From assembly GCA_963703315.1 (NCBI GenBank), contig OY969811.1, positions 4,352,001-4,416,000 on the forward strand: 64,000 bases of DNA, in the 5' to 3' direction. Positions 10,360 through 19,513 of this stretch are shown here, in pieces; positions within the stretch are counted from its first letter, which is position 1, and each line of letters begins with the position of its first letter. The notes beneath the pieces are model-generated. The model was not told the DNA's origin and did not search any database. It worked only from the letters and a program-made list of their open reading frames with translations. The DNA is from an uncultured cyanobacterium. GTDB lineage: Bacteria; Cyanobacteriota; Cyanobacteriia; Pseudanabaenales; Pseudanabaenaceae. A program made the position numbers and the translations under genes.

Positions 10360-11451
10360 ATGAGCGCTCCTCTTCTCTCTACAGTTCAACTCGGTCGTTA
10401 TACCTTACCTAATCGGATTGTATTAGCTCCTCTCACCCGCAATCGGGCGGCGGCTGGCAATGTACCCACAGCATTAAATGCCTTGTATTATGAACAAAGA
10501 GCTTCCGCAGGATTATTAATTACTGAAGCATCCCAGATTTCTCCTCAAGGATTGGGATATCCCAATACTCCCGGAATTCATTCAGCAGAACAAATTGCAG
10601 GTTGGCGCTTAATCACCGAGGCAGTTCATGCTAAAGGTGGCAAAATCTTTTTACAACTTTGGCACGTAGGCAGAATCTCCCACCCTGATTTACAACCTAA
10701 TGGCGAGTTACCCGTTGCACCATCGGCGATCGCTCCAGAAGGTGAATCGGCTACCTACACTGGCATGAAGCCCTATGTCACGCCCCGTGCCTTAGAACTA
10801 GCAGAAATCCCCCAAATTATTGAACAATATCGCTTTGCCTCCAAGAATGCGTTGGAAGCTGGCTTTGATGGTGTGGAAATTCATAGTGCTAATGGATATC
10901 TCTTAGATCAATTTTTGCAAGATAATTCCAATCATCGCACTGATATTTACGGTGGTTCCGTAGAGAATCGCGCTCGTCTATTATTGGAAGTGACAGAAGC
11001 GGTAGTCGATGTCTGGGGTGGCGATCGCGTTGGGGTGAGACTATCTCCTAGCGGCGTATTTAATAGTATGTATGATTCCAATCGGGCGGCAATATTCGGC
11101 TATGCGGTTAAGGAATTGAATCGCTTTAATCTTGCCTATTTACATTTAGTTGCGCCTAGAGTCGAAGGATTTGGGTCACCCGAAGATCAACCTGATCTTG
11201 GTGCAGATTTCTTCCGTCCAATTTATAATGGCACGATTATGACTGCGGGCGGTTATAGCTTTGAGACAGGAAATCAGGCGATCGCTTCAGGAAATGCGGA
11301 TCTGGTTGCCTTTGGTCGTCTCTACATCGCAAATCCTGATTTAGTAGAACGGTTTGCAGCGAATGCGCCTCTCAATAAGCCCGATCGTCATACTTTCTAT
11401 GGTGGAGATGAGAAGGGTTATACAGACTATCCAAGCTTACAAGCTGCGTAA
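10360..11451 (+). CDS. nemA: Old Yellow Enzyme-type alkene reductase (NemA-like)
   Basis: NRIVLAPLTRNRA, QLWHVGR, GFDGVEIHSANGYLLDQF, FGRLYIANPDL, GYTDYP. Confidence 0.9.
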   Translation: MSAPLLSTVQLGRYTLPNRIVLAPLTRNRAAAGNVPTALNALYYEQRASAGLLITEASQISPQGLGYPNTPGIHSAEQIAGWRLITEAVHAKGGKIFLQLWHVGRISHPDLQPNGELPVAPSAIAPEGESATYTGMKPYVTPRALELAEIPQIIEQYRFASKNALEAGFDGVEIHSANGYLLDQFLQDNSNHRTDIYGGSVENRARLLLEVTEAVVDVWGGDRVGVRLSPSGVFNSMYDSNRAAIFGYAVKELNRFNLAYLHLVAPRVEGFGSPEDQPDLGADFFRPIYNGTIMTAGGYSFETGNQAIASGNADLVAFGRLYIANPDLVERFAANAPLNKPDRHTFYGGDEKGYTDYPSLQAA

Positions 11452-11480
11452 CTTTCAATCTATAGCTATCACAAAAGAGA

Positions 11481-11711
11481 GTGACGATGCTTCGCATCGT
11501 CACTCTCTTTTTTTGGCTTTCAAATTTGATACTCTATACAGAGGCGATACCAAATCTAGAAGATCTCTGCGTACCACCTGCCAATCACCTAGAAGCAATT
11601 GTTGGCGATCGCGTTGGACAATACAGTATCCGCATTACGAAGCAGTGGCGACTCTGTTTTGTTTGGCAAAATGGAAATGCTTATGATGTTGAGATTGTTG
11701 ATTATCATTAG
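11481..11711 (+). pseudogene. higB: HigB (RelE/ParE-type) toxin, N-terminally truncated
   Basis: C-terminal half LEDLCVPPANHLEAIVGDRVGQYSIRITKQWRLCFVWQNGNAYDVEIVDYH is classic HigB. The apparent N-terminus is read from a hairpin repeat at 11473-11509. Confidence 0.7.
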
Positions 11712-11722
11712 GAGAAAAGGCA

Positions 11723-12025
11723 ATGGAAGACACTTTGCTGCGTAATCCTCATGTTGGCGAAATCTTGCAATATGAGTTTTTAGAAGAGTTAGATATTAGT
11801 GCAAATAGTTTGGCTGATAGTTTGCGTTTACCTTATTTGAGTATTCAGCAAATTATTCAAGGTAAGGCTCCGATGACTGCGGATGTGGATTTGCGGTTAT
11901 GTCGCTATTTTGGGTTGGCGGATGGTTATTTTTTGCGGTTGCATTATGCCTATGAGTTGATGGAAGCCAAAAGAAATTTAGGTGATATATTGCGTCACAT
12001 AGTTCCGATTGTAGCATTACATTAG
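11723..12025 (+). CDS. higA: HigA antitoxin (HTH)
   Basis: NPHVGEILQYEFLEEL, MTADVDLRLCRYFG; directly follows higB. Confidence 0.88.
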   Translation: MEDTLLRNPHVGEILQYEFLEELDISANSLADSLRLPYLSIQQIIQGKAPMTADVDLRLCRYFGLADGYFLRLHYAYELMEAKRNLGDILRHIVPIVALH

Positions 12026-12049
12026 ATCACTTATCGAGTTACCGATCGC

Positions 12050-12658
12050 TCATGAAAAATAGGATTGGAAAGGACTAGATAAAATACCGAGTAATTTACC
12101 AATTTCCTTGATGAAATAATCTTCTTGATCAATCCAAAGTGTTCGCTCTTCAAGACGTAAAAATTTCCAAATCATACCTGTTGTCACCACACCATAAATA
12201 GGGAAACTGTTCTCACTTCTGGCATTAAATCTTTGAGCCGCAACCATTTCCGCAATACATTGTCCTAAGCCACCTTTAATATTTTCGTTTTTCGCCTCCA
12301 CAAGGGTAATCACTGGACAAGAGATTTCATAGATTTCACTGGAGGCTGTCAATAGAAAGTCACAAAATCCATTTAATCCAGCTTCTGCATCAACATTAAA
12401 TTCTGTGCCAGAGAAGAAGCCTACCTTTTGATCAAATATTTGCCGAATTTCTAGCAGGATAGGAGCAATCAGCAATTCAGATCTAGCTTTTTCGGTATTG
12501 ATGGCATTGGCAATAGAGAGATTACGTTTGAGGGTTTGTTGCAGATAGTCACTAATCGCTAAGGGCTGAATATCCACAAATAGATTTTTCGATTCTTTTA
12601 TCGCCAAGCTAAATTTTTCTTGTACTTGGGCGATCGTCTTAAATTCACTGTATGACAT
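12050..12658 (-). CDS. Cyanobacterial hypothetical protein, PD-(D/E)xK nuclease-like
   Basis: TEKARSELLIAPIL, GFCDFLL, VEAK, GLGQCIAEMVAAQRFN, YGVVTTGMIWKFL. Confidence 0.7.
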   Translation of the reverse strand: MSYSEFKTIAQVQEKFSLAIKESKNLFVDIQPLAISDYLQQTLKRNLSIANAINTEKARSELLIAPILLEIRQIFDQKVGFFSGTEFNVDAEAGLNGFCDFLLTASSEIYEISCPVITLVEAKNENIKGGLGQCIAEMVAAQRFNARSENSFPIYGVVTTGMIWKFLRLEERTLWIDQEDYFIKEIGKLLGILSSPFQSYFS

Positions 12659-12764
12659 CAGTATTAATCCTCATTTTGTGATTTCTTTTACTTCAAAATC
12701 TATTTAGTTTTGGTTATTGACGTTGTTTGAGAAGTAGACAAAACTCAAGGATTTCTTTTTACTT

Positions 12765-13583
12765 TTATATATCTAAATCCATTTCAAGCTGAGCAATATT
12801 CTCAAGTTCTTTATTAGTAAATGTAAGGCTCTCCAAAATAGACTGACCTTTCTTTGTTTTAATGTCATGAAGATCTAGCTCTTTCATTTCAGGATATCCC
12901 ATCCAATTTGTACCGAATAAAAAGCTCCACTGATGTTTATCCCCTACATAAGCTTTTCGGATTTGCCAATGTTTTTTTGGAACACTACATATGTATTCAG
13001 TTAATCGTTTAAATCTATCAGCACTATCAGATTTCAAACAGCGTTTTACATTTGTAGCTGAAAAGTAGATAAGAATATCTATGGATTCTAAATGTTTATG
13101 GTTAAACGCTTTAGCTAACTCATCAAAGGGCGGTACAGAACCATTTTCATCGGAGTAAAGTAATCCATATAATCTCTTCTTATTGTTCCGAGAGTATGTA
13201 TAAAGCATATCAGAAATATTTTGGATTGCTAAATGATTAGCGCAGGGAAAGTATTTAGCCTCGCATGGAAATTGCTCAATATTTTTCTCTGATTCCTGAA
13301 GTGCAGAGGGTTCTAAGTCAACAAAATGGCATCGGGAATCAACTTTATGGTTTACTGACTCTTGTAAAAAAATTACAGGACTGCCTACCCCATATTCATT
13401 GGTAATCCCCGGTCCTGCATTTAGATCAATATAGTGATATTTATGAGATAGCCAATAATTACTCTGATATTTGTCAAAAATAACTTGGCAAATTCTTAAG
13501 TGTACATCTACAAATTTTCTAAACTGTTTCTGTTTAATAAGTGTATTTTTACTAAACCCTTGACCAGATGAATTGATTGGCAT
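12765..13583 (-). CDS. TcmP-like (three-Cys-motif partner) SAM-binding/methyltransferase-fold protein
   Basis: NTLIKQK...HYIDLNAGPG...GSPVIFL...HFVDLE resembles the TcmP N-terminal motifs; AT-rich; no HIP1 site. Confidence 0.65.
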   Translation of the reverse strand: MPINSSGQGFSKNTLIKQKQFRKFVDVHLRICQVIFDKYQSNYWLSHKYHYIDLNAGPGITNEYGVGSPVIFLQESVNHKVDSRCHFVDLEPSALQESEKNIEQFPCEAKYFPCANHLAIQNISDMLYTYSRNNKKRLYGLLYSDENGSVPPFDELAKAFNHKHLESIDILIYFSATNVKRCLKSDSADRFKRLTEYICSVPKKHWQIRKAYVGDKHQWSFLFGTNWMGYPEMKELDLHDIKTKKGQSILESLTFTNKELENIAQLEMDLDI

Positions 13584-13677
13584 CCTATTTTCCCTTAATA
13601 GGTGTATATTTCTAAAAATATAGCATATAGTTAATTTTAGTATATTGTACTTTTTTCAAAAAAATTGAGGTTTTGCT

Positions 13678-14742
13678 ATGGATACTGTAAGAGGCACTGA
13701 AACTGTCGCTAGTCCTCTACAGGAAAGCGCACTAAGGAAAAAAGGACTATGTGACTACGTGATTAACGTTGCCTCTGGTTGTTTGCATGGTTGCACATTT
13801 TGTTATGTCCCCTCAACCCCAGTCATCAGAACCAGACAAGCACAACTAGCCCTCAAGGGCGTTGATAATCCTCAAATGGACTGGGGGAAATATCTTTTTG
13901 TACGTGAAGGTATTGCCGAGCAATTAGAAGAAACTCTTAGTCGCAAGAAAACTTGGAAAACCACAGAATCAGGACAAGGAGTCGTCATGCTCTGTTCTGG
14001 AACTGATCCTTACCAAAACCATCAAACCGCAACAATCACTCGGTAAGTTGTCAAAGTATTACTTAAATATGATAAACGAGTACGGATTTTGACTCGTAGC
14101 CCTCTATGGATAAACGATATAGACATTTTGCGGTCAAAAAATGTAACTGTTGGCATGAGCTTACCAATGCTCGATGATGAACTGAGTCGCAAAATTGAAC
14201 CCGCAGCACCTCTACCATCTGACCGATACAAAGCGATGATGAAAGGATATGAAGCGGGAATTAAGCTATATGTGGCAATCGCCCCCACTCCGCCAACAAT
14301 GCAATTACAAGATTTTCAAAAATTATTAGAGCAGGTAATGAAATTTGAACCTGAAGTAATTTTCTGGGAACCAATAAATGCTCGTGGTACAAATGGCAAG
14401 AGAATGCTAGAAGCAGGACTAGATTTTGTCCGTTCCGTAACTAATAGAGACTCTTGGGCAGAGAACTTTATTCAACAATGGCAAGATATTGAGCAAGCTG
14501 CTAACAAAATTGGTTGCAAGGATCTCCTGCATATTTGGGTCGATCCAGAACTTCGAGGTTTTGTGGAAGATGATGCTCTAGACTATTGGCTGTTCAGACA
14601 AACTGTAGAAGATTGGGATAACTACACAAGAAAACCTAAGCCAATAGAAACACCCATATCTCAGACTGTAGCACAACAAAATAAAGCAGTTCGCAAACCA
14701 AACAAAGCACAAAAAGGACTTGTGAAATTAGTCGCGTCCTGA
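13678..14742 (+). pseudogene. SPL-like radical SAM protein interrupted by one in-frame TAA (14044-14046)
   Basis: CxxxCxxC motif GCLHGCTFCY, SGTDPYQ, ILTRSPL, IEPAAPLPSDR. ORFs 13678-14046 and 14089-14742 share a frame and read ITR*VVKVLLKYDKRVRILTRSP across the junction. Confidence 0.85.
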
Positions 14743-14747
14743 GATTA

Positions 14748-14852
14748 GAGCGATGGCTTGTGAGGTGAAAGTATGGATGTTTTAGGCGATCGCTTTGTGA
14801 TTAGATTAGGGCGATCGCTGTTTTGATGTTGTTGGTTATGTTGGGGGCGATC
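14748..14852. repeat. HIP1-rich GT-biased direct repeat, copy A
   Basis: gagcgatggcttgtgaggtgaaagtatggatgttttaggcgatcgctttgtgattagattagggcgatcgctgttttgatgttgttgg aligns with 15471-15562. Confidence 0.85.
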
Positions 14853-14860
14853 AAGAAATT

Positions 14861-15145
14861 CTAAGCTTTTGCCGTTGTGACATAAGACTTATGTGCTTCT
14901 GCATAAATTTTTAAAGCGACCGACATTTGCTGGGACGCATTTTCACCTTGTGATTGAAACCATGCGAAAGTTTCAGGATCGATTTGAACTGATGCTGTAA
15001 TTTGTTTAGGAATTCTCAACTTTGCTTTAGCCCAAAATTCTGCTGATAGTGGAGGGATATCAGATGTATCAATATCCTCATCACCCATTGCGTCAATTCT
15101 CTCCCAATCAGTCTTCGATGTATTGTTCATAGTGTTTGCGTTCAT
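14861..15145 (-). CDS. brnA: BrnA antitoxin
   Basis: SKTDWERIDAMGDEDIDTSDIPPL, IDPETFAWFQSQG; overlaps the 3' end of brnT. Confidence 0.85.
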   Translation of the reverse strand: MNANTMNNTSKTDWERIDAMGDEDIDTSDIPPLSAEFWAKAKLRIPKQITASVQIDPETFAWFQSQGENASQQMSVALKIYAEAHKSYVTTAKA

Positions 15146-15386
15146 AAGATAGAGCTTTTCTTAATGAAATAATCCTAATTGTTTTTTCGTCAGGTTCTGT
15201 ATAGACCCCCACCAGCACTCGACCTTGAAGTAAACCAATACCGATATATCGATCCTCTCCATAGTTTTCTCTTTCGTCAAGTTCAATAACCATAGGCATA
15301 TTGAAAACTAGATAAGCGTCAGCAAAGTCAAATCCATGTTTAGCGCGGTTAATTTGATTCTTACGTTCATCCCACTCAAATCTCAT
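15108..15386 (-). CDS. brnT: BrnT toxin
   Basis: MRFEWDERKNQINRAKHGFDF...YGEDRYIGIG...IRIISLRKA. Real start ATG 15386. Confidence 0.92.
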   Translation of the reverse strand: MRFEWDERKNQINRAKHGFDFADAYLVFNMPMVIELDERENYGEDRYIGIGLLQGRVLVGVYTEPDEKTIRIISLRKALSYERKHYEQYIED

Positions 15387-15450
15387 TTTAAAGTTTAGTA
15401 GTTGTGTGTGTTGGGATTTTCTTAATTTTAACTTGCGTTTACTACTATTT

Positions 15451-15565
15451 GATGAGGTTGGTTTGTTGAGGGGCGATCGCTTGTGTGTGGAAAGTTGGAT
15501 GTTTGAGGCGATCGCTTTGTGATTGAGATTAGGGGCGATCGCTGTTTTGAAGTTGTTGGTTTGAT
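15451..15565. repeat. HIP1-rich GT-biased direct repeat, copy B
   Basis: Three GCGATCGC sites, with spacers matching copy A. Confidence 0.85.
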
Positions 15566-15584
15566 AGGCAGTGTCAGCAAACAA

Positions 15585-16802
15585 TCAGCTATCAAGAGCG
15601 ATCGCTTGATCAATGGCTAATTTTTCATTAAGACGGAGTTGATAAACGGGTAGTTCTTTGGTGGAGATGCCACTAATGATGCAAAAACTGTTTGCTTCCA
15701 TTCCACGCGCTAACATTTCGATACACCAAGTATGCCTTGCTTGATCGAGCGTAAGTATGGAACCATCCAAATTACGATAGGGCTGTGTCCAACGTTCCCA
15801 TAATTGTTCGATTTCTTCTAAAGACAGAGCTTGGCGATCGCCACTAAGAAACATTGGTTCTAGATCAACATTTTGGATGTCTTTACTACGCACCTTCAGA
15901 TAGTTACTCAGAGGATTGTTAGTTGCCGAGCCGTAACGATGCCCCAGAATTTTTTGATTAAGAGGGACTGAACGCCCATTATTTATAAGATCTTTAATGC
16001 GTAAAATCCCGTGATTAGCTTGAATTTGATAATCCTTGAGGCGCAATCTCGTAATGTCGATCGCTGTCAGTCCTGCCCCAAATAATATATAGGCGATCGC
16101 ATAGTCCTTTGCCCCACATTTCTTTGCTTGCAAGAGAATATCGCGCACGGTCTCCGCAGGAATATCGACAATTGGTTTTGCTTGGGCGATCGGGCTGACC
16201 TCTTGGACAAACATATCCACAAGAGTACTAATAAACTCATCGCGATCGTGCCAAATTGCTTGGACATCACTGGTTAAAGTAATGACGGCATAACCCAAAA
16301 TACAAGTATTTAATAAGTTAGCCAGTTTAATTGGGGGTAAAGAATATTGCAACCGTGAATTGAGCAACACATCATGAAGTGCCGTCGCGATCGTTTGGTT
16401 AACTTGATTAATCCCTTGAGCAAGGGCTTGACGACTTTCGAGCGGATATTGCCCTGCTTCACCGACAAGCGATCGCATCAACTCAGGCACACTTTCGAGC
16501 GCCCGCAATGAACTCTGAATGTAATATTTGAGAAATCGACGCAGATCGCTCTGGGTAGACATATCAGACACCATCAGTGACTCTCCCACTTGAGCCAACA
16601 CCAGATATTTTTGCAGACATTCTTGCAATACGGCTAGTAATAAACCATGTTTATTACCAAAATGACGAAATAAAGTTACTTCATTAACCTGAGCAAAGTC
16701 GGCAATCTGACGGGTAGTGGTCTCGGTAATTCCTTTGCTAGCAAACAACTCTAGTGCTGTGTTGACTATGCGTTGGCGAGTCGGAATTCGAGATACAGAC
16801 AT
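15585..16802 (-). CDS. TetR-family regulator fused to a degenerate tyrosine-recombinase-like domain
   Basis: N-terminal TetR HTH (TTTRQIADFAQVNEVTLFRHFGNKHGL); C-terminal DYAIAYILFGAGLTAIDITRL, RSVPL, DQARHTWCIEMLARG. Probable start ATG 16802. Confidence 0.8.
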   Translation of the reverse strand: MSVSRIPTRQRIVNTALELFASKGITETTTRQIADFAQVNEVTLFRHFGNKHGLLLAVLQECLQKYLVLAQVGESLMVSDMSTQSDLRRFLKYYIQSSLRALESVPELMRSLVGEAGQYPLESRQALAQGINQVNQTIATALHDVLLNSRLQYSLPPIKLANLLNTCILGYAVITLTSDVQAIWHDRDEFISTLVDMFVQEVSPIAQAKPIVDIPAETVRDILLQAKKCGAKDYAIAYILFGAGLTAIDITRLRLKDYQIQANHGILRIKDLINNGRSVPLNQKILGHRYGSATNNPLSNYLKVRSKDIQNVDLEPMFLSGDRQALSLEEIEQLWERWTQPYRNLDGSILTLDQARHTWCIEMLARGMEANSFCIISGISTKELPVYQLRLNEKLAIDQAIALDS

Positions 16803-16827
16803 GGGAGTATGTACCATTGAGATGATT

Positions 16828-16896
16828 TGCAAGTGATACTTGCATTATTACTTAAAAAACAGTTAGACTTATATATAACTGTAAGTGATACTTGCA
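16828..16896. promoter_or_regulatory. Two palindromic operators TG(C/T)AAGTGATACTTGCA between the TetR fusion gene and desC
   Basis: TGCAAGTgatACTTGCA at 16828-16844 and TGTAAGTgatACTTGCA at 16880-16896. Confidence 0.75.
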
Positions 16897-16926
16897 TCTC
16901 CTCACCACCCCTTAAGTTGTTATTTC

Positions 16927-17790
16927 ATGACTGTCACTACTGAAGCCCCATCAACTGAACTAAAACTGAACTGGACAAGTGTTATCTTCTTCAGTGTTTT
17001 TCATATCGCTGCTTTAGCTGCCCCTTTCTACTTTTCATGGAAAGCTGTAATCCTTACAATTTTCCTACATTGGTTCCTTGGCAGTATCGGCATTACCTTA
17101 GGTTATCACCGCTTACTTAGCCATCGCAGCTTTCAAGTGCCGCAGTGGTTGGAATACATCATCGCTACTATTGGGGCATTAGCGCTTCAAGGTGGTCCTG
17201 TATTTTGGGTGGGTGGACATCGCCAGCATCACGGTTTTACAGAAGATAATCAAAAAGATCCCTATTCTGCCAATAAAGGTTTTTGGTGGAGCCACATGAT
17301 GTGGATTATGTACTCCAAACCTGAGCATTTTGATCCTAATAACTACAACAAATTTGCTCCAGATCTAGCTAATGATTCTTACTACCGTTTTCTAGATCGT
17401 TATTTTGTGCTGTTGCAAATCCCCTTCGCCGCCCTGATTTATCTTCTCGGCGAAAAGGTTTTCTCTGGGCTTGGTTTATCATTCTTGGTCTATGGCGTAG
17501 CCGTACGCTCGGTATTTCTCTGGCATAGCACTTGGTTGATTAACTCCGCTTGCCACAAATGGGGCTACAAAAACTTTGCCGAAACCGCAGACCACTCTAC
17601 CAATCTTTGGTGGGCAGCAATTTTGACCTACGGTGAAGGCTGGCACAACAATCACCATGCTTATCCCAAATCTGCACGTTCAGGCTTGAAATGGTGGGAA
17701 ATTGATCCAACTTGGGGCGTAATCAATTTGCTTCAGGTATTGGGTTTAGCCAAGAAGGTCTATATCGCTGAACCTTGGCAAGCTAAATAA
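16927..17790 (+). CDS. desC: Delta-9 acyl-lipid desaturase
   Basis: Histidine boxes HRLLSH, HRQHH and HNNHH; GEGWHNNHHAYP; WWEID. Start ATG 16927. Confidence 0.9.
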   Translation: MTVTTEAPSTELKLNWTSVIFFSVFHIAALAAPFYFSWKAVILTIFLHWFLGSIGITLGYHRLLSHRSFQVPQWLEYIIATIGALALQGGPVFWVGGHRQHHGFTEDNQKDPYSANKGFWWSHMMWIMYSKPEHFDPNNYNKFAPDLANDSYYRFLDRYFVLLQIPFAALIYLLGEKVFSGLGLSFLVYGVAVRSVFLWHSTWLINSACHKWGYKNFAETADHSTNLWWAAILTYGEGWHNNHHAYPKSARSGLKWWEIDPTWGVINLLQVLGLAKKVYIAEPWQAK

Positions 17791-17892
17791 TACCAAAACT
17801 AAAAATGGCTACGCTATTTTTAGTTTTGGAAACCCTTACTGGGTTTGTTTTTTAATTCAGAAAAGTGTGACAACACTTTTCTGAATTGGTAT
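17790..17892. mobile_element. MITE-like family C (two hairpins)
   Basis: ataccaaaactaaaaatggc...aattcagaaaagtgtgacaacacttttctgaattggtata; second copy about 200 bp downstream. Confidence 0.8.
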
Positions 17893-17992
17893 AAAAAGGC
17901 AAGGGCGCTTAGCGCCCTTGCCTTTTTCAGAATGTAGCAAAAATAGATACATTGACGGGATCAGGATTGTGTCAACCTTATTGTCAATGGGA

Positions 17993-18096
17993 TATACCAA
18001 AACTAAAAATGGCTTAGCCATTTTTAGTTTTGAAAACCCTTACTGGTCTTGGTTTTTAATTCACAAAAGTGTGACAACACTTTTGTGAATTGGTAT
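17993..18096. mobile_element. MITE-like family C (two hairpins)
   Basis: Direct repeat of 17790-17892 with a compensatory g/c to c/g swap in the second hairpin. Confidence 0.8.
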
Positions 18097-18121
18097 TAAT
18101 AAATGCGGGAATGTAAGCATC

Positions 18122-18589
18122 ATGGATCATCGCCACATTCGCTTTAGCGATCGCCACGAAGAAGTTGATTTAGAACAATTGCAAAAATTATTAAAAATTG
18201 GGGCGTTTTGGGCGAAAGAGAGAACTGTAAAAGAATTGGCGATCGCGATCGCCAATTCCAAACCTGTGATCACCGTATGGGATGAGCAGAAACTAATCGG
18301 TCATGCTCGCGCCACCAGTGACGGCATTTATCGCGCCACCATTTGGGATGTGGTAATTGATCCAGACTATCGAGGTGCGGGCTTAGGTCGTAAATTAGTA
18401 GAAACCTTGATAGCACATCCTCATGTTTGCAATGTTGAGCGAGTTTACCTAATGACCACCCATCAGCAAAAATTTTATGAACATATTGGCTTTGAGCAAA
18501 ATGCTTCGACCACATTAGTTTTATTTAAAAATGACCTAGATGGCGATCGGCATTTGACAACTTCGGAATTAACTCAAGCCACAATCTAG
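18122..18589 (+). CDS. GNAT acetyltransferase (Ycf52-like)
   Basis: ARATSDGIYRATIWDVVIDPDYRGAGLG, FYEHIGF. Confidence 0.85.
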   Translation: MDHRHIRFSDRHEEVDLEQLQKLLKIGAFWAKERTVKELAIAIANSKPVITVWDEQKLIGHARATSDGIYRATIWDVVIDPDYRGAGLGRKLVETLIAHPHVCNVERVYLMTTHQQKFYEHIGFEQNASTTLVLFKNDLDGDRHLTTSELTQATI

Positions 18590-18782
18590 ATATAGCTTGA
18601 GGAAGTGCGAGCCAACGGCTCGCACTTCCTCAAGCTATTTATTTAAGAAATCAAATGCAGCAAGGCATTACGATAGTATTTGCAAACACTGCCAAAGATT
18701 GCAACTTATGTAAAGATATTGGGATAAGTATATGAAATATGTATTACTTTCTTTTTATCCCATTTAATTCTGGTGGGAGCCA

Positions 18783-19454
18783 ATGGTCGAAATATCATAT
18801 CAAGGTCAAAAAAGAACAAGAAGTGAATTTGAAAGGCAATTGCATCGCCTAGAACAGGATTCTTTGCGAATGGGCGCACTTGTTGAAAATTCATTTCTGT
18901 TAGCTCATGCCGCTTTATTTGAGCGCGATCTTGAAGCCGCTACCCGTATTGATGCTCAAGATAAGCAAATTGATCAAATCTATAGACAAATTGAAATGGA
19001 TTGTATTGAGCTAATCGCTTTACAGTCCCCAGTTGCGCGTGATCTCCGACTATTAAGTGCTTTGATGCAATTGATCCGCGATATCGAACGAATTGGTGAC
19101 TATGCGGAAAACCTCGGTGAAATTGCGATTAAACTTTTCCCTTATCCACCATCTCCCTATCTCGGTGAGTTGCAGGTAATGTCTAATCGCTGTCGTGCCA
19201 TGCTTGCCATGAGTTTAGAAGCATTAGCTAATTTTGATGAAAATATCGGTCTCCAAATCAAAGCTAAAGATGATGCCGTTGATGATGACTATAAGCGGAT
19301 CTATAACCTGTTAGCTTTCCAAAGATTATTTGGTGAACCAATGGAACCTGTCATGCTCATGGTATTGGCAATTCATCATTTAGAGCGCATGGCAGATCAC
19401 GCCACTAATGTTGGTATCCGAGTTGCCTATATTGTTACAGGTAAACTTGGATAA
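18783..19454 (+). CDS. phoU: Phosphate signalling protein PhoU
   Basis: IALQSPVARDLR, DIERIGDYA, HLERMADHATNV. Confidence 0.95.
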   Translation: MVEISYQGQKRTRSEFERQLHRLEQDSLRMGALVENSFLLAHAALFERDLEAATRIDAQDKQIDQIYRQIEMDCIELIALQSPVARDLRLLSALMQLIRDIERIGDYAENLGEIAIKLFPYPPSPYLGELQVMSNRCRAMLAMSLEALANFDENIGLQIKAKDDAVDDDYKRIYNLLAFQRLFGEPMEPVMLMVLAIHHLERMADHATNVGIRVAYIVTGKLG

Positions 19455-19513
19455 ACCCAAAGAAAGTTGAGGCGCGAAGCGCCTCAACTTTCTTTGGGTT
19501 TATCTCAAAACTA

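Noticed and set aside
11452..16802. Integron-like reading: integrase-like gene beside an array of small cassettes
   Set aside because: The recombinase-like domain lacks key catalytic residues and is fused to TetR. The genes lie downstream in mixed orientations and I see no attC-type sites.
17790..18096. Two ~103-bp direct repeats as a CRISPR array
   Set aside because: Only two units, far too long, fragments are dispersed elsewhere, and there are no cas genes.
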